Shown: piece after piece, positions 38,841 through 50,942 of the stretch
How positions within the stretch are numbered: position 1 is the first letter of the stretch
Layout of the letters: every line of letters starts with the position of its first letter
NCBI GenBank assembly: GCA_030950365.1
Contig: JAUZRQ010000023.1
Span: 3,235-67,234, forward strand
DNA: 64,000 bases
Direction: 5' to 3'
DNA from: Candidatus Zhuqueibacterota bacterium
GTDB taxonomy: Bacteria; Zhuqueibacterota; Zhuqueibacteria; Zhuqueibacterales; Geothermadaptataceae
Program-made: the position numbers and the translations under genes
The notes under the pieces: model-generated
Databases searched by the model: none
The model's input: the letters and a program-made list of their open reading frames with translations, nothing else
What the model was told of the DNA's origin: nothing

Positions 38841-39470
38841 TTATTTCGAATAAAGCTCGACAATCAATGACTCATTGACGTCCACCGGAATGTCAGCCCG
38901 CGATGGAATTTCTAACAGCGTGCCGCTTAGTGCAGCTTTGTTCAGATCAAGCCACGGAAGCTGTTTGCCCTCGCGCATGCGGCGCAACGACTGGTGGATT
39001 AGCTCCAGCTTGCGACTCTTTTCGCGCACTTTCACCACATCGCCGGGTTTCAGCAAGTAGGAAGGGATATCCACCACCCGATCGTTCACCATAATGTGGC
39101 GGTGTCGCACGAGTTGCCGCGCTGCTGCACGGGACGGGGCAAATCCCAGCCGGTAAACGATGTTGTCCAGCCGGCGTTCCAACAGGCGCAACAGGTTCTC
39201 GCCGGTAATGCCTTTCTGACGCGTGGCCCTCTCATAGTAATTGTGGAATTGTCGTTCCAACACTCCATAAATCCGGCGAACTTTCTGCTTTTCACGCAAT
39301 TGCATTCCGTATTCGGATTGTTTGAACATGCGGTTTCTGCCATGCTGTCCAGGAGGAAAATTCCGGGTTTCGAGAGGGCATTTCGGCGAGGTGCATTTCG
39401 CGCCTTTCAGAAATAACTTCTGCCCCTCTCTGCGGCAGAGTTTACATACAGGCCCTATGTATCGTGCCAT
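38841..39470 (-). CDS. rpsD: 30S ribosomal protein S4
   Basis: [23 protein letters not shown]... 209 aa. Confidence 0.97.
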   Translation of the reverse strand: MARYIGPVCKLCRREGQKLFLKGAKCTSPKCPLETRNFPPGQHGRNRMFKQSEYGMQLREKQKVRRIYGVLERQFHNYYERATRQKGITGENLLRLLERRLDNIVYRLGFAPSRAAARQLVRHRHIMVNDRVVDIPSYLLKPGDVVKVREKSRKLELIHQSLRRMREGKQLPWLDLNKAALSGTLLEIPSRADIPVDVNESLIVELYSK

Positions 39471-39526
39471 TTATACGTTCAACCTCCAAAAACCAATGAT
39501 CGGTTAATTTGTTGACTGTTGCTCCA

Positions 39527-39916
39527 TTATACGCGTCTGCGTTTGGGCGGACGGCAGCCATTGTGCGGAATTGGCGTCACATCGCGGATAGCCGTGATCT
39601 CCAGACCTGCCGCCTGCAACGATCGTACGGCTGCCTCGCGCCCCGCGCCCGGCCCTTTCACCAGTACTTCTACTCGCGCCAGTCCCAGGTCCATGGCCTC
39701 TTTAGCGGCCGTTTCCGCAGCTACCTGCGCCGCAAAAGGGGTCGATTTCCGCGATCCTTTGAACCCCACCTTGCCACCTGAAGCCCATGAAATCACATTG
39801 CCATATTGATCTGTAATAGTCACAATCGTATTATTGAAGGTGGCATGCACGTGAGCCAGCCCATTAGGATCGACCTTTTCTTTCTTCTTCGTTTTTCTGC
39901 GCCTTGGAGATGCCAA
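39527..39916 (-). CDS. rpsK: 30S ribosomal protein S11
   Basis: [16 protein letters not shown] motif. The start codon is TTG at 39916, with GAGGAG 8 nt upstream. Confidence 0.96.
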   Translation of the reverse strand: MASPRRRKTKKKEKVDPNGLAHVHATFNNTIVTITDQYGNVISWASGGKVGFKGSRKSTPFAAQVAAETAAKEAMDLGLARVEVLVKGPGAGREAAVRSLQAAGLEITAIRDVTPIPHNGCRPPKRRRV

Positions 39917-39993
39917 AGATAAGCTCCTCTGTTTTTATGCGTCCAGTAGTAAGGTTACCTAACTGTCCGTTTTGACGTTTCATTCAATGGAAA

Positions 39994-40365
39994 TCAGCGT
40001 TTTTTCTTGATCCCCACTCCGCGCCGTTTCCCTTTCCGGGTACGCGCATTGGTATGCGTGCGCTGGCCGCGAACCGGTAAACCACGGCGATGCCGCAGGC
40101 CGCGATAACACCCGATATCCATCAGCCGTTTGATGTTCATCTGCACCTCGGTTCGCAGCGCGCCTTCGACCTTATAATCCGAACCGATGACCTGTCGGAT
40201 TTTGGCGATATCCTCACCGCTGAGATCTTTCACCCGAATATCCGGATCGATCCCGGCTTTTTTCAAAATTTCCGTGGCCGAATAACGCCCAATGCCGTAA
40301 ATATAGGTCAGCGCAATTTCGATCCGCTTGTCACGCGGAAGATCAATTCCAGCTATACGAGCCAA
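39994..40365 (-). CDS. rpsM: 30S ribosomal protein S13
   Basis: (M)[25 protein letters not shown]. The start codon is TTG at 40365, with GGAGG upstream. Confidence 0.96.
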   Translation of the reverse strand: MARIAGIDLPRDKRIEIALTYIYGIGRYSATEILKKAGIDPDIRVKDLSGEDIAKIRQVIGSDYKVEGALRTEVQMNIKRLMDIGCYRGLRHRRGLPVRGQRTHTNARTRKGKRRGVGIKKKR

Positions 40366-40391
40366 TCGAAGCCTCCATTCAGTTGGTTAAA

Positions 40392-40505
40392 TTATCCCTG
40401 GCGCTGTTTATGTCGGGGATTTTTGCAAATCACGCGAACTTTGCCTTTGCGTCGGATGATCTTGCAGTGTTCGCAAATCCGTTTTACCGAAGCACGTACT
40501 TTCAT
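40392..40505 (-). CDS. rpmJ: 50S ribosomal protein L36 (zinc-binding form)
   Basis: Hand-translated: [37 protein letters not shown], 37 aa, too short for the ORF track. Sits between infA and rpsM as expected. Confidence 0.95.
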   Translation of the reverse strand: MKVRASVKRICEHCKIIRRKGKVRVICKNPRHKQRQG

Positions 40506-40517
40506 TTTCTGCCCTTC

Positions 40518-40736
40518 TTATTTGTATCGATAGACAATACGTCCGCGGGTCAAATCATAAGGCGACAACTCCACCGTCACCTTATCGCCCGGCAAAATTT
40601 TGATAAAATGCATGCGCATTTTGCCGGAAATATGGGCCAACACTTTGTGGCCGTTTTCCAGCTCAACTCGAAACGTGGCGTTGGGAAGCGTCTCGATGAT
40701 CGTTCCATCAACGCGAATGGGTTCGCTTTTCGCCAT
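40518..40736 (-). CDS. infA: translation initiation factor IF-1
   Basis: [41 protein letters not shown]... 72 aa. Confidence 0.97.
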   Translation of the reverse strand: MAKSEPIRVDGTIIETLPNATFRVELENGHKVLAHISGKMRMHFIKILPGDKVTVELSPYDLTRGRIVYRYK

Positions 40737-41493
40737 AAATTTGCTCTAACCCTTCTGTTAAAATTTCTGGCCCGTCTTTTCGAATCACTACAGTATGTTC
40801 GAAATGCGCCGACAAAGAACCGTCGGCGGAACGGACCGTCCAGCCATCATCATCCGTGACGACATCGTAGGTGCCTGCATTCACCATCGGCTCGATGGCA
40901 AGCACCATGCCCGGTCGCAACCGCGGCCCCCGGCCTGGCTTGCCATAGTTCGGCACCTGAGGATCTTCATGCAGCTTTTTGCCGATGCCATGCCCGACCA
41001 GTTGACGGACCACGGAAAAACCGGCTCGTTCCACATGCTGCTGGATGGCATGGGAAATATCACTCAGGCGATTCCCATAGCGCGTTTTATCGATGCCCAG
41101 CATCAGCGCCTCGTGCGTCACTCGCAAAAGCCGCTGCGCTTCGTCATCGATTGCACCAATCACGTAGGTCATGGCTGCATCACCAAAGTATCCGTCTTTT
41201 TCCACGCCTACATCCACCTTAACAAGGTCGCCTGCTTTGATTCGCCGCCGGTTGGGGATGCCGTGCACCACTTCATCGTTCAGCGAAATGCACGCGCTGG
41301 CCGGAAACCCCTGATAGCCTTTGAATGCGGGACGAGCGTTGTGTTTGCGAATGAACGTTTCGATTTCGGCGTCCAGGTCGGAAGTTGTCATGCCCTCTTC
41401 AATAATCTCGTTTACCATTCTCAGCGTCTCGACCACAATCGCGCAGCTCTGTCGGATCGCCTCGATCTCTCTTTCGTTACGAAGGTGAATCAT
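40708..41493 (-). CDS. map: type I methionine aminopeptidase
   Basis: 261 aa. VVHGIP, DVGV..DGYFGD, GHGIG and EPM motifs. Overlaps infA by 29 nt and adk by 17 nt. Confidence 0.95.
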   Translation of the reverse strand: MIHLRNEREIEAIRQSCAIVVETLRMVNEIIEEGMTTSDLDAEIETFIRKHNARPAFKGYQGFPASACISLNDEVVHGIPNRRRIKAGDLVKVDVGVEKDGYFGDAAMTYVIGAIDDEAQRLLRVTHEALMLGIDKTRYGNRLSDISHAIQQHVERAGFSVVRQLVGHGIGKKLHEDPQVPNYGKPGRGPRLRPGMVLAIEPMVNAGTYDVVTDDDGWTVRSADGSLSAHFEHTVVIRKDGPEILTEGLEQIYGEKRTHSR

Positions 41494-42148
41494 CTTGCTT
41501 CCGAATCTCTTCCAGCTTGCGCTCGATTTCGTCCCGCACTTTCTCGATATTCAAAGAGCCATCGATGTGAATCAATTTGCCCTGCGATCCATAATACTCT
41601 TTCAGCGGCCGGGTTTGTTCCTCATATACGTTCATCCGGTATATCACCGTTTCTTCGCGATCGTCTGACCGCTGGATGATCTCGCCACCGCAGCTTTCGC
41701 ACTTGCCATCGGATGGCGGCGGATCGTAGATTAAATTATACACGCGACCGCATTTCACACACACCCGGCGCTTTGTCAACCGTTCCAAAATACGCTTTTT
41801 CGATACTTCCAGACTGATCACCGCCGTGATTGAGCGGTTCATTTTCCGCAGCAAGTGATCCAGCTCCTGGGCCTGCGCTACAGTGCGCGGGAACCCATCC
41901 AGAATAAATCCATTTTTTGCATCAGGCTCTTTCAGCCGCGCTTCAACCAGACCGATCACTACCTCATCCGGTACCAGCTCCCCCGCATCCATGTAATGTT
42001 TGGCCTGAAGCCCCAGCGGTGTTTTGCGCGCCACCGCCTCTCGCAGAATATCCCCGGTGGAAATCTTCGGTATGTGGTACTTCTCTGCAAGGAGCGTCGC
42101 TTGCGTTCCCTTCCCAGAACCGGGATAACCAATGAATATTAATTCCAT
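41477..42148 (-). CDS. adk: adenylate kinase (Cys4 zinc-lid form)
   Basis: GYPGSGKGTQA P-loop. Lid reads CVKCGRVYN...CESCGG. Confidence 0.96.
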   Translation of the reverse strand: MELIFIGYPGSGKGTQATLLAEKYHIPKISTGDILREAVARKTPLGLQAKHYMDAGELVPDEVVIGLVEARLKEPDAKNGFILDGFPRTVAQAQELDHLLRKMNRSITAVISLEVSKKRILERLTKRRVCVKCGRVYNLIYDPPPSDGKCESCGGEIIQRSDDREETVIYRMNVYEEQTRPLKEYYGSQGKLIHIDGSLNIEKVRDEIERKLEEIRKQDDSPS

Positions 42149-42223
42149 TTAGCCGCCCAGGCGCAATATCTCACTGCCCACTTTCAGGCTGACATTTCGC
42201 TTCACCCCATCCGCACCAGCGGA

Positions 42224-43561
42224 TCAGGCGAACCGTTTTCTGCCCTTGATTCTTCCGCTTTTCATAAAACCGTCATAATGCCGCATCAACAGATGCGATT
42301 CCAGTTGTTGTAACGTATCCAGGGCCACACCAACGATAATCAGCAGAGATGTCCCGCCGAAAAAGGAGGCAAAATTATACGACACATTGGTGACTTTCAC
42401 GATCAGATACGGGAAAACGGCAATAAACGCCAAAAAGAACGATCCCGGCAGGGTAACCTTGGTCAGGATATTGTCAATGTATTCTGCAGTTTTCTTACCA
42501 GGACGCACACCCGGAATGAAGCCGCCGTATTTTTTCATGTTATCCGCCACATCCACCGGGTTGAAGGCAATGGCCGTATAAAAATAAGTAAAAAACACGA
42601 TCATGGCCGCATACACCAGCTGGTATACCAGGGAATCCAGACTAAAATAAAGCTGTACCGTGTTCATGAAATCACTGTTTGGGAAAAAGGTGGTGATCGT
42701 CTGCGGAATAAACATGATCGACTGCGCAAAGATGATCGGCATCACGCCGGCCGTATTCACGCGCAGCGGAATGTGAGTGCTCTGCCCACCATATACGCGA
42801 CGGCCAACCACCCTTTTGGCATATTGCACCGGAATTTTGCGGGTCGCCTGCGTGATCGCAACCACCGCCGCGACGGTCACTGCCATAATAGCCAGCAGAA
42901 TCACCTCGGTCAGCAACTGGCGGTTTCCGCCAGCCAATTGCTGCCATTCGTCCAGAATTGCGTTGGGGAATACGGCAATGATACCGATAAAAATAATCAG
43001 CGAAATACCATTGCCGATGCCGCGTTCGGTAATCTGCTCGCCGAGCCACATGATTAGCACGGTGCCACTGGTGAGCACCAGCATGGTCATCAGGCGAAAG
43101 CCCCAACCGGGGTTCATAACCACAGCAAGGCCCTCCGGAGTGGGCGGAATGTTTTCGAGGAACACGCTCACGCCATAGGCCTGCAACGCCGAAATCAGCA
43201 CCGTGCCGTAACGCGTGTATTGGGTGATCTTTTTGCGCCCCTCTTCACCCTCTTTCTGCAACCGCTGGATGAATGGGCTCACCGCTCCCAGCAACTGGAT
43301 GATAATCGATGCCGAGATGTAGGGCATAATTCCGAGAGCGAATACAGTGGCACGACTAAATGCACCGCCGGCGAACATGTCATACAAGCCAAACAATCCG
43401 CCCCCCCCGGCCCGTTCAAAAAAGCTGATCAGCGCGTCTGCATTCACGCCCGGTATCGGTATGTGACCGCCGATTCGGTAAACGATCAGAATCAGCAAGG
43501 TAAAAATGATCCGCCGCTTCAGTTCCGGAATCTTAAAAACGCTTTGGAAGCTACTCATCAT
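42224..43561 (-). CDS. secY: preprotein translocase subunit SecY
   Basis: 445 aa, 10 hydrophobic segments. [33 protein letters not shown] overlap with rplO. Confidence 0.97.
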   Translation of the reverse strand: MMSSFQSVFKIPELKRRIIFTLLILIVYRIGGHIPIPGVNADALISFFERAGGGGLFGLYDMFAGGAFSRATVFALGIMPYISASIIIQLLGAVSPFIQRLQKEGEEGRKKITQYTRYGTVLISALQAYGVSVFLENIPPTPEGLAVVMNPGWGFRLMTMLVLTSGTVLIMWLGEQITERGIGNGISLIIFIGIIAVFPNAILDEWQQLAGGNRQLLTEVILLAIMAVTVAAVVAITQATRKIPVQYAKRVVGRRVYGGQSTHIPLRVNTAGVMPIIFAQSIMFIPQTITTFFPNSDFMNTVQLYFSLDSLVYQLVYAAMIVFFTYFYTAIAFNPVDVADNMKKYGGFIPGVRPGKKTAEYIDNILTKVTLPGSFFLAFIAVFPYLIVKVTNVSYNFASFFGGTSLLIIVGVALDTLQQLESHLLMRHYDGFMKSGRIKGRKRFA

Positions 43562-43998
43562 AGCCGAATTACCTTTCCTCCCGCCTTCTCGATTTTTTCG
43601 ATAGCCGATTTGCTAAACGCATGCGCAGAAATTTCCAGCGGCCTGGTAATCTCTCCTGTTCCCAAGATTTTAACCGGTTGATCCTTTTTGTCAATGAGCC
43701 GCAATTGGTGCAATATCTCTGGGGTCACCACCGTATCTGTGACCTTACGCTCCAGGTCTTCCAAATTGACAATTTGATATTCTTTACGAAAGATGTTGGT
43801 AAATCCTCGCTTGGGAACCCGTCGTTGAAGAGGCATCTGTCCGCCTTCGAACCACGGAGGTACGCCACCGCCGGAGCGAGACCGTTGGCCTTTGTGTCCC
43901 CGACAGGCGGTACCACCATGCCCGGATCCTTCACCACGTCCAACACGTTTCCGTTTCTTCCTAGAGCCTTTGGCGTAGGTTAAATTGCCCAGGTCCAT
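43558..43998 (-). CDS. rplO: 50S ribosomal protein L15
   Basis: ORF starts at TTG 44007, which directly abuts the GGAAGG SD. ATG 43998 is preferred ([28 protein letters not shown]...). Confidence 0.93.
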   Translation of the reverse strand: MDLGNLTYAKGSRKKRKRVGRGEGSGHGGTACRGHKGQRSRSGGGVPPWFEGGQMPLQRRVPKRGFTNIFRKEYQIVNLEDLERKVTDTVVTPEILHQLRLIDKKDQPVKILGTGEITRPLEISAHAFSKSAIEKIEKAGGKVIRL

Positions 43999-44015
43999 GT
44001 CTATCAACCTTCCGC

Positions 44016-44210
44016 TTATATTTCTTCGACTTTAATGAGATGTTGCACCTTTGTGATCATGCCGCGAATCTGCGGTGTGTCGTTATGCTCCACCGTATGC
44101 CGGATCTTCCGTAATCCCAGGGCTCGGATGGTGCGACGGTGCCGCTCCCATTGCCCAATCAGGCTGCGCACCTGGGTGATACGGAGCTTTTTTACTTTTT
44201 TCTTTGCCAT
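44016..44210 (-). CDS. rpmD: 50S ribosomal protein L30
   Basis: [36 protein letters not shown]. 64 aa. Confidence 0.95.
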   Translation of the reverse strand: MAKKKVKKLRITQVRSLIGQWERHRRTIRALGLRKIRHTVEHNDTPQIRGMITKVQHLIKVEEI

Positions 44211-44226
44211 ACCTATTCACTCCAGC

Positions 44227-44766
44227 CTAAACCGTTGTTTTATCGAACAGCTCGGGAAGGGTTAAGCCGCGTTTCCGGGCCAGGGTTCGTGCATCCATCA
44301 ACTCTTCCAGAGCTTTCATGGTGGCCTTCACCACGTTGTGCGGGTTGGATGACCCGATCGACTTGGTCAGGATGTCCTGCACCCCGGCTGCTTCCAGCAC
44401 CGCTCGCACCGGTCCACCGGCGATCACGCCGGTACCGGGAGTCGCCGGTTTCAAAAATACCCTGGCAGCGCCATACTTAGCCACGGTCTCATGCGGAATG
44501 GTACCGTCGATCAACAAAATGCGGCGCAGGTTCTTTTTGGCGTTTTCCGAGCCTTTGGAAATAGCATCCGACACCTCATTGGCCTTTCCAAGGCCCACGC
44601 CCACATGCCCTTTGCCGTCGCCCACCACCACAATGGCGTTGAACGAAAACCGACGCCCCCCCTTCACCACCTTGGCGCAGCGGTTGATGTGCACCACGCG
44701 CTCTTTCAAATCCAGCTCGCTGGGATTGATTCTGATTCTTTTTTTCCGCACCGACGTTTTCTCCAC
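44227..44766 (-). CDS. rpsE: 30S ribosomal protein S5
   Basis: [21 protein letters not shown] motif. GTG start at 44766, 2 nt after the rplR stop. Confidence 0.96.
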   Translation of the reverse strand: MEKTSVRKKRIRINPSELDLKERVVHINRCAKVVKGGRRFSFNAIVVVGDGKGHVGVGLGKANEVSDAISKGSENAKKNLRRILLIDGTIPHETVAKYGAARVFLKPATPGTGVIAGGPVRAVLEAAGVQDILTKSIGSSNPHNVVKATMKALEELMDARTLARKRGLTLPELFDKTTV

Positions 44767-44768
44767 GG

Positions 44769-45143
44769 TTAAAATTTCAACCCGCCTTCACGCGCCCCTT
44801 CGGCAAGCGCCTTGACACGGCCATGATACAAATAGCCGGCCCGATCGAATACCACTTTCTCGATCTTCATCTTTTTGGCCTTTTCCGCAATAGCCTTGCC
44901 GACAATAAAGGCGACTTCGGTTTTGGATTTTGCCTTCTGAATTTCCGATTGCAACTCTTTATTTAAGCTGGAAATTCCAGTCAAGGTGCGCTGCTGGCTA
45001 TCATCCACCAGTTGCGCATAGATATTTTTGTTGCTACGGAACACCACCAGACGCGGACGCTCCGAGCTTCCGGTGATTTTCTTCCGGATCGAGCGATGTT
45101 TTCTCTTCCGCGCCAGCTCGCGATCAAATCGTTTGAACCCCAT
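44769..45143 (-). CDS. rplR: 50S ribosomal protein L18
   Basis: [17 protein letters not shown] and [24 protein letters not shown] motifs. Confidence 0.96.
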   Translation of the reverse strand: MGFKRFDRELARKRKHRSIRKKITGSSERPRLVVFRSNKNIYAQLVDDSQQRTLTGISSLNKELQSEIQKAKSKTEVAFIVGKAIAEKAKKMKIEKVVFDRAGYLYHGRVKALAEGAREGGLKF

Positions 45144-45204
45144 TCTTCCTGAAGTCCTTTAATAAATGTGTTCAATGAATAGTCAGGTATCGATACAATC
45201 AAAG

Positions 45205-45744
45205 TTACTTACCAGCCGTCTTGCCCGCCTTCTCACGCACATACTCGCCTTCGTAACGGATGCCCTTACCTTTGTAAGGTTCCGGTTTGCGGAAGGAACG
45301 AATCTTGGCCGCCACCTGACCCACCAGCTCTTTATCGATGCCGGACACCTTGATGGACGTCGGACTTTCACATTCCACTTTGATGTTTTCGGGTGGAATG
45401 AACACGATCGGATGCGAGTAGCCTAGGTGCAGGGTCAGCCGATCGCCGCGGATTTCAGCACGGTAGCCGACGCCACGAATTTCCAATTTCTTTTCAAATC
45501 CTTTGGCGACCCCTTCTACCATGTTGGCAATCAGTGAGCGATAAAGGCCGTGTAGGGCACGATACATTTTGTTATCTGAAGGCCGCTTCACCACAATCTC
45601 GCCGTTGTCCACCTCGGTCTGAATCTGCGGATGGATCTCACGCGTCAGCTCCCCTTTGGGCCCCTTCACCGTAACCGTATTCCCTTCACGTTTAAACTCT
45701 ATCCCTTCAGGCAAGGGGATTGGCTTTTTTCCGACTCGAGACAC
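45205..45744 (-). CDS. rplF: 50S ribosomal protein L6
   Basis: (M)SRVGKKPIPLPEGIEF...VKGPKGEL. GTG start at 45744. Confidence 0.96.
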   Translation of the reverse strand: MSRVGKKPIPLPEGIEFKREGNTVTVKGPKGELTREIHPQIQTEVDNGEIVVKRPSDNKMYRALHGLYRSLIANMVEGVAKGFEKKLEIRGVGYRAEIRGDRLTLHLGYSHPIVFIPPENIKVECESPTSIKVSGIDKELVGQVAAKIRSFRKPEPYKGKGIRYEGEYVREKAGKTAGK

Positions 45745-45771
45745 TTTACATTCCCTACCGTTTTGAGTTCA

Positions 45772-46170
45772 TTACCAGACGTAGCACAGCACCTCGCCGC
45801 CCACACGTAGCTTTCGGGCATCGCGATCGGATAGGATGCCCTTGGAGGTGCTCAAAATGGCAATACCCAGATTATTGAAAACCCGAGGAATCGTATCGAC
45901 ATTCACATATCGACGTTGTCCCGGCTTGCTGATACGCTTCAAGCCCTGGATCACGCAGTTCTCGTCCTCATCGTATTTTAAATAAATACGGATAATGCCC
46001 TGCTTGTTGTCTTTGATGACCAGATAATCCTGAATAAAACCGTAAGCATGAAGGATTTTGGTCATCTCCAATTTAAGCTTCGATGCCGGAATATCCACTT
46101 TCCGGTGTTTGGCCTTTCCGGCATTGCGAATTCGCGTCAAATAATCCGCAATTGGATCAGTCATGCTCAT
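45772..46170 (-). CDS. rpsH: 30S ribosomal protein S8
   Basis: ORF 45772-46305 trimmed to ATG 46170 ([17 protein letters not shown], the canonical S8 start). The longer version would overlap rpsN. Confidence 0.95.
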   Translation of the reverse strand: MSMTDPIADYLTRIRNAGKAKHRKVDIPASKLKLEMTKILHAYGFIQDYLVIKDNKQGIIRIYLKYDEDENCVIQGLKRISKPGQRRYVNVDTIPRVFNNLGIAILSTSKGILSDRDARKLRVGGEVLCYVW

Positions 46171-46196
46171 TGAAATCGAATCCCTCTTGTTAAATT

Positions 46197-46382
46197 TTAC
46201 CAGCTCGCCTTTCTCACACCCGGAATCTGGCCTTCCAGAGCCAACTCCCGGAAGCAGATACGGCAGAGACCGAATTTGCGCAGATAGGCTCTCGGCCGGC
46301 CACAACGTTTGCAGCGATTGTATGCACGAACCTTAAATTTCGGTGGACGTTTTGCTTTCTCAATCAGCGCTTTTCGAGCCAC
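46197..46382 (-). CDS. rpsN: 30S ribosomal protein S14, short zinc-binding type
   Basis: 61 aa. [26 protein letters not shown] start at 46382 with GGAG upstream. Confidence 0.96.
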   Translation of the reverse strand: MARKALIEKAKRPPKFKVRAYNRCKRCGRPRAYLRKFGLCRICFRELALEGQIPGVRKASW

Positions 46383-46396
46383 GATTCACAATCTCC

Positions 46397-47020
46397 TTAC
46401 GATTGACGTTTTCTGAAAGGCATTCCAAAGGCGGCCAGCAGTGCATAGGCCTCTTCATCGCTTTTAGCCGTGGTCACAAACGTGATATTCATGCCACGAA
46501 TGCGATCAACCTTGTCGTAATCGATCTCCGGAAAAATAATCTGCTCGCGCACTCCCACAGAGTAATTGCCGCGACCATCAAAGGCCTTATCCGGCAGACC
46601 GCGAAAGTCGCGGATCCGCGGGACGGCGATGCTGATGTAGCGTTCAAGAAATTCGTACATGCGCCATCCGCGCAGCGTGACCGCACAACCAATGGCCATG
46701 CCCTGACGAAGCTTAAAATTCGAGATCGACTTCTTCGCCCGTGTCACCTTTGGTTTCTGCCCACTGATGATGGCCATATCGGCCATGGCATTCTCGAGAT
46801 TTTTGCTATCCTCAACGGCATTGCCCACGCCCATATTCAGGACGATCTTTTCCAGACGCGGCACCTGCATGATGTTTTTATAATTGAACTGCTTCATCAG
46901 CGCAGGCACCACGTTTTCTTTATAATGCACCAGAAGACGTGGAACGTAGCCGTTCTTTTCGACTATCTGGCTCTTGCTTTTGCTCTTGGCGTTTTTTGGG
47001 GTCTCTTTTTTTGCACTCAT
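46397..47020 (-). CDS. rplE: 50S ribosomal protein L5 (with ~24-aa Lys-rich N-terminal extension)
   Basis: [45 protein letters not shown] lies 2 nt after the rplX stop, and there is no internal start nearer the conserved core. Confidence 0.95.
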   Translation of the reverse strand: MSAKKETPKNAKSKSKSQIVEKNGYVPRLLVHYKENVVPALMKQFNYKNIMQVPRLEKIVLNMGVGNAVEDSKNLENAMADMAIISGQKPKVTRAKKSISNFKLRQGMAIGCAVTLRGWRMYEFLERYISIAVPRIRDFRGLPDKAFDGRGNYSVGVREQIIFPEIDYDKVDRIRGMNITFVTTAKSDEEAYALLAAFGMPFRKRQS

Positions 47021-47022
47021 TT

Positions 47023-47358
47023 TCAGCTACCGGACACTATCATTTCACCACATTTCTTGCAGGTGCGCACCTTCCGGCGGCTCTTTTTTCCCTCTCCGGA
47101 AGTAAACTGATATCTCACCCGCGTGGGTTGATTGCATTTGGGACAAATCAACATGAGATTGGACATATGCATCGGCGCCTCTTTTTCCACGATTCCGCCT
47201 TGCGGATTGGTCTGCGTGGGCCGCATGTGGCGCTTGATTAAATTCAATCCCTCGACGATGGCGCGGTTTTTCGCCGGAAACACCTTCAAAACGCGCCCTT
47301 TGCGACCGCGTTCATCGCCCGAGATCACCATCACTTGATCGTCTTTTCGAATATGCAT
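47023..47358 (-). CDS. rplX: 50S ribosomal protein L24 (with C-terminal CxxC...CxxC ribbon)
   Basis: ORF starts at GTG 47373. ATG 47358 is preferred (GGAG 9 nt upstream; [23 protein letters not shown] is the canonical L24 start). Confidence 0.94.
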   Translation of the reverse strand: MHIRKDDQVMVISGDERGRKGRVLKVFPAKNRAIVEGLNLIKRHMRPTQTNPQGGIVEKEAPMHMSNLMLICPKCNQPTRVRYQFTSGEGKKSRRKVRTCKKCGEMIVSGS

Positions 47359-47388
47359 GGTTGTTAACTCCACACGTAACCTCTCTCT

Positions 47389-47757
47389 CTACAAAACTTC
47401 AGGCGCTAAGGAAATAATTTTCATAAATTGTTTATCGCGCAGTTCGCGTGCCACGGGGCCGAAAATACGCGTGCCGCGAGGCTCTCGACGATCGTCCACC
47501 AAAACGGCGGCATTCTCATCAAACCGAATGTAACTACCATCCGGACGCCGCACTTCTTTTTTGGTGCGCACGATCACGGCCTTGGCCACGTCACCTTTCT
47601 TTACCATTCCACCAGGGACGGCTGATTTCACTGACACCACGATCACATCGCCGATGCCGGCATAGCGCTTCTTGCTACCACCTAAAACCCGAATGCACAT
47701 GACTTTCTTTGCGCCCGTATTATCTGCGACGTTTAGTCTCGAATATTCCTGAATCAT
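47389..47757 (-). CDS. rplN: 50S ribosomal protein L14
   Basis: [28 protein letters not shown]. 122 aa. Confidence 0.97.
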   Translation of the reverse strand: MIQEYSRLNVADNTGAKKVMCIRVLGGSKKRYAGIGDVIVVSVKSAVPGGMVKKGDVAKAVIVRTKKEVRRPDGSYIRFDENAAVLVDDRREPRGTRIFGPVARELRDKQFMKIISLAPEVL

Positions 47758-47798
47758 GACCTTGCCTCACTCCAAATCCCACGGTTTTCTCACTTCCA

Positions 47799-48065
47799 TT
47801 ATTTGGCTTTTTCGATAATCTTCACCAGTCGCCAGCGCTTGCGCCGACTCAGCGGCCGCGACTCCATGATCATCACCATATCGCCTACGCCGGCCGCATT
47901 GTTCTCATCGTGGGCCATGAATTTGGAGGTCTTGCGGTAGTACTTTTCATAAATGCGATGTTTCACCAACCGTTCTACCGCCACCACAATGCTCTTATCC
48001 ATTTTAGCGCTGACCACACGGCCGACTTTGGTTTTACGATTCCCTCTCTTCGTTTGCTGCTCCAT
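47799..48065 (-). CDS. rpsQ: 30S ribosomal protein S17
   Basis: [30 protein letters not shown]. 88 aa. Confidence 0.96.
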   Translation of the reverse strand: MEQQTKRGNRKTKVGRVVSAKMDKSIVVAVERLVKHRIYEKYYRKTSKFMAHDENNAAGVGDMVMIMESRPLSRRKRWRLVKIIEKAK

Positions 48066-48087
48066 CCCTTATTCCTTACCCATATTT

Positions 48088-48306
48088 TTAAAAGTCTTGC
48101 GGACTTTCGGGACGTTTGCCCATTTGCATTTCACGCAGTACGGTTTTCAAACGGGCAATATCCTTGCGAATGTCTCGCAAACGCATTGGATTATCCAACT
48201 GCTGCATCGCATGCTGGAAGCGCATGTTCTGATACTCTTCCAGCGCATCCATCAAATGATCTTCCAGCTCTTTTCGCGAGAGTTGATTGATTTCCCACAT
48301 CTTCAT
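48088..48306 (-). CDS. rpmC: 50S ribosomal protein L29
   Basis: 72 aa. ELEDHLMDALEEYQNMRFQHAMQQL. Sits between rplP and rpsQ. Confidence 0.93.
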   Translation of the reverse strand: MKMWEINQLSRKELEDHLMDALEEYQNMRFQHAMQQLDNPMRLRDIRKDIARLKTVLREMQMGKRPESPQDF

Positions 48307-48309
48307 GAT

Positions 48310-48729
48310 TTATTCTCCGTAGTCGCTACGGGTCACAAACTTCGTCTTGATCGGCAGCTTGTGCGAAGCCAATCGCATGGCTTCCCGCGCCAGGTCTTCC
48401 GGCACACCGGCCAGTTCGAACATGATCCGGCCCGGCTTCACCACCGCTACCCAATATTCCGGCGAGCCTTTGCCTTTTCCCATGCGCGTTTCGGCCGGCT
48501 TTTCGGTCACCGGCTTGTCTGGAAAAATCCGCACCCACACTTTACCGCCGCGCTTGACGTGGCGGGTGATGGCAATACGCGCTGCCTCGATCTGCCGCGC
48601 CGTGATCCACGCAGGCTCCAGCGCTTTCAGGCCAAACTCGCCGAAGGAAATCATCGAGCCCCGAAGTGCCTTTCCGCGCATCCGGCCCCGGTGCTGTCGC
48701 CGAAACTTTACCCGTTTTGGCATTAACAT
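48310..48729 (-). CDS. rplP: 50S ribosomal protein L16
   Basis: [21 protein letters not shown]. 139 aa. Confidence 0.97.
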   Translation of the reverse strand: MLMPKRVKFRRQHRGRMRGKALRGSMISFGEFGLKALEPAWITARQIEAARIAITRHVKRGGKVWVRIFPDKPVTEKPAETRMGKGKGSPEYWVAVVKPGRIMFELAGVPEDLAREAMRLASHKLPIKTKFVTRSDYGE

Positions 48730-48777
48730 GATACTATCGCTCCTCTATTCGCAGAACGCTTCGATTCGTGATGATGC

Positions 48778-49404
48778 CTATTGAAACACTTCGCCTTTAA
48801 AAATCCACACTTTTACGCCGATGGTGCCGTACGTGGTTTTCGCCGTCGCCCGCGCAAAGTCGATATCCGCGCGTAGCGTGTGCAGCGGAATCCGGCCTTC
48901 TTTGTACTGCTCTTTGCGGGCCATTTCCGCGCCGCCCAAACGGCCACTGCAGATGATTCGAATGCCCTGTGCGCCCATCCGCATGGTTGAGGTGATGGCC
49001 TTTTTCATGGCACGGCGGAAAGAGATTTTCTGCACCAACTGATGTGCGATGTTCTCAGCCACCAGGTACGCATCGAGCTCCGGCCGCTTGATTTCCTGTA
49101 TATTTAGATGTACCTCTTTGTTGGTCAGCCGCTGCAGCTCTTCTTTCAGCTTGTCCACTTCCTGGCCCTTGCGACCGATAACGATCCCCGGACGCGCCGT
49201 GTGAATCGTCAGGGTGATCTTTTGCGCCGTCCGCTCGATTTCGATGCGAGACACCGCCGCCCGCTGCAGACGCGTGCGAAGGTATTTACGCAGCATAAGG
49301 TCTTCTTCCAGGACATTCGAAAAGTTCTTTTCATCGAACCACTTCGAATCCCAATCCCGGTTGATACCAAGGCGAAAGCCAATTGGATGGGTTTTCTGTC
49401 CCAA
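48778..49404 (-). CDS. rpsC: 30S ribosomal protein S3
   Basis: ORF 48778-49545 trimmed to TTG 49404, which has GAGGAGGAACC directly upstream. (M)[12 protein letters not shown] is the canonical S3 start. The longer ORF would overlap rplV by 124 nt. Confidence 0.94.
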   Translation of the reverse strand: MGQKTHPIGFRLGINRDWDSKWFDEKNFSNVLEEDLMLRKYLRTRLQRAAVSRIEIERTAQKITLTIHTARPGIVIGRKGQEVDKLKEELQRLTNKEVHLNIQEIKRPELDAYLVAENIAHQLVQKISFRRAMKKAITSTMRMGAQGIRIICSGRLGGAEMARKEQYKEGRIPLHTLRADIDFARATAKTTYGTIGVKVWIFKGEVFQ

Positions 49405-49421
49405 GGTTCCTCCTCTACACG

Positions 49422-49778
49422 CTATTCGTTTTTGTTCGTATCCGAAACCACCACCGTAATATGACAAAAGCGCTTTCGGATGCGCATGGGCCGGCCCATG
49501 GAACCGGCGCGGAAGCGCCGCATGATCGGACCTCCATCTACCCATGCTGCTTTGATAACCAGATTGTGCGGATCAATTTTCGAACCTGCTTCGGAATTAT
49601 TGAGCATATTCGAAACCGCCGAGCGCACCGTTTTTTCAATTGGGCCGGCGGCACGTTTTCCAGAAAAATGCAGGATATTCAAAGCATCATCCACGTTTTT
49701 GCCACGCACCAGCTCAATCACGCGCCGCACTTTGCGTGGTGACATTCGCACATATTTTGCTTTTGCAATCGCTTCCAT
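49422..49778 (-). CDS. rplV: 50S ribosomal protein L22
   Basis: [27 protein letters not shown]. 118 aa. Confidence 0.97.
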   Translation of the reverse strand: MEAIAKAKYVRMSPRKVRRVIELVRGKNVDDALNILHFSGKRAAGPIEKTVRSAVSNMLNNSEAGSKIDPHNLVIKAAWVDGGPIMRRFRAGSMGRPMRIRKRFCHITVVVSDTNKNE

Positions 49779-49796
49779 GTTAGTCCCAACCCGGTT

Positions 49797-50084
49797 TTAT
49801 CGTCTCACTCTTGAAGCTTTTTCCGATTTATCGGGGTGCCCCCGGTAGGTCCGAGTGGGCGCGAACTCGCCCAGTTTATGGCCAACCATGTTTTCCGAAA
49901 TGTACACCGGAATAAACTTGTTGCCGTTGTGCACAGCCAGCGTATGTCCCACAAATTCCGGTGTGATGGTACTACGCCGAGCCCAGGTTTTGATCACTTT
50001 TTTCTGATTGGCCTCGTTTAAAGCGCGAATCTTTTTCAGCAGCTTATCATCGACATAAGGGCCTTTTTTAACTGACCTTGGCAT
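49797..50084 (-). CDS. rpsS: 30S ribosomal protein S19
   Basis: [19 protein letters not shown]...[16 protein letters not shown]. Confidence 0.97.
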   Translation of the reverse strand: MPRSVKKGPYVDDKLLKKIRALNEANQKKVIKTWARRSTITPEFVGHTLAVHNGNKFIPVYISENMVGHKLGEFAPTRTYRGHPDKSEKASRVRR

Positions 50085-50090
50085 GTGCGA

Positions 50091-50918
50091 TTATCCCTTC
50101 TTTCTTCTTCTGATAATGAAACGATCCGAAGGTTTTTTTCCACGGGTTTTCAAACCTTTCGCCAACTGTCCCCACGGCGAACAGGGATGACGTCCACCGG
50201 AGCTCTTGCCTTCGCCGCCGCCCATCGGGTGGTCGATCGGGTTCATGGCCACGCCGCGCACATGGGGCCGGCGCCCCAGCCATCGCGTGCGACCGGCCTT
50301 TCCGCTGGAGACGTTTTCGTGATCCACGTTGCCCACCTGACCGATGGTAGCACGGCATTCCACCCGCACCATGCGCACCTCGCCTGAAGGCAACTTAAGC
50401 TGTGCATATTTATCGTCTCGCCCCACGAGCTGCGCCGATGCACCGGCGCTGCGTGCAATCTGCCCACCCTTACCAGGCTTCATTTCGATATTGTGCACCA
50501 CCGTGCCCACTGGAATGTTTGCCAGCGGCAAGCAGTTGCCCACGCGGATCTCCGCATCCGGGCCTGACATGACATAGTCATCCACCTTCAAGCCCACCGG
50601 CGCCAGAATGTAACGCTTCTCGCCATCTTCATAGTGCAACAGCGCAATGCGAGCGCTGCGGTTCGGATCGTACTCGATCGCTGCCACACGCGCGCGAATA
50701 CCGTCTTTATTTCGCTTAAAATCGATGATGCGGTAGAATCGCTTGTGTCCGCCGCCCCGATGCCAGGCGGTGATCCGACCGAGGTTGTTGCGTCCGCCGG
50801 TCTTCTTCAAGGGCACAATCAACGACTTTTCTGGGGACGTCTTCGTGATCTCCTCGAAGGTCGAAACCGTGCGAAATCGCAGACTCGGTGTCACAGGTTT
50901 AAAGGTTTTGATACCCAT
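50091..50918 (-). CDS. rplB: 50S ribosomal protein L2
   Basis: [15 protein letters not shown]...[17 protein letters not shown]. 275 aa. Confidence 0.97.
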   Translation of the reverse strand: MGIKTFKPVTPSLRFRTVSTFEEITKTSPEKSLIVPLKKTGGRNNLGRITAWHRGGGHKRFYRIIDFKRNKDGIRARVAAIEYDPNRSARIALLHYEDGEKRYILAPVGLKVDDYVMSGPDAEIRVGNCLPLANIPVGTVVHNIEMKPGKGGQIARSAGASAQLVGRDDKYAQLKLPSGEVRMVRVECRATIGQVGNVDHENVSSGKAGRTRWLGRRPHVRGVAMNPIDHPMGGGEGKSSGGRHPCSPWGQLAKGLKTRGKKPSDRFIIRRRKKG

Positions 50919-50942
50919 TCTATCAATTCCTTATCCAATCGG

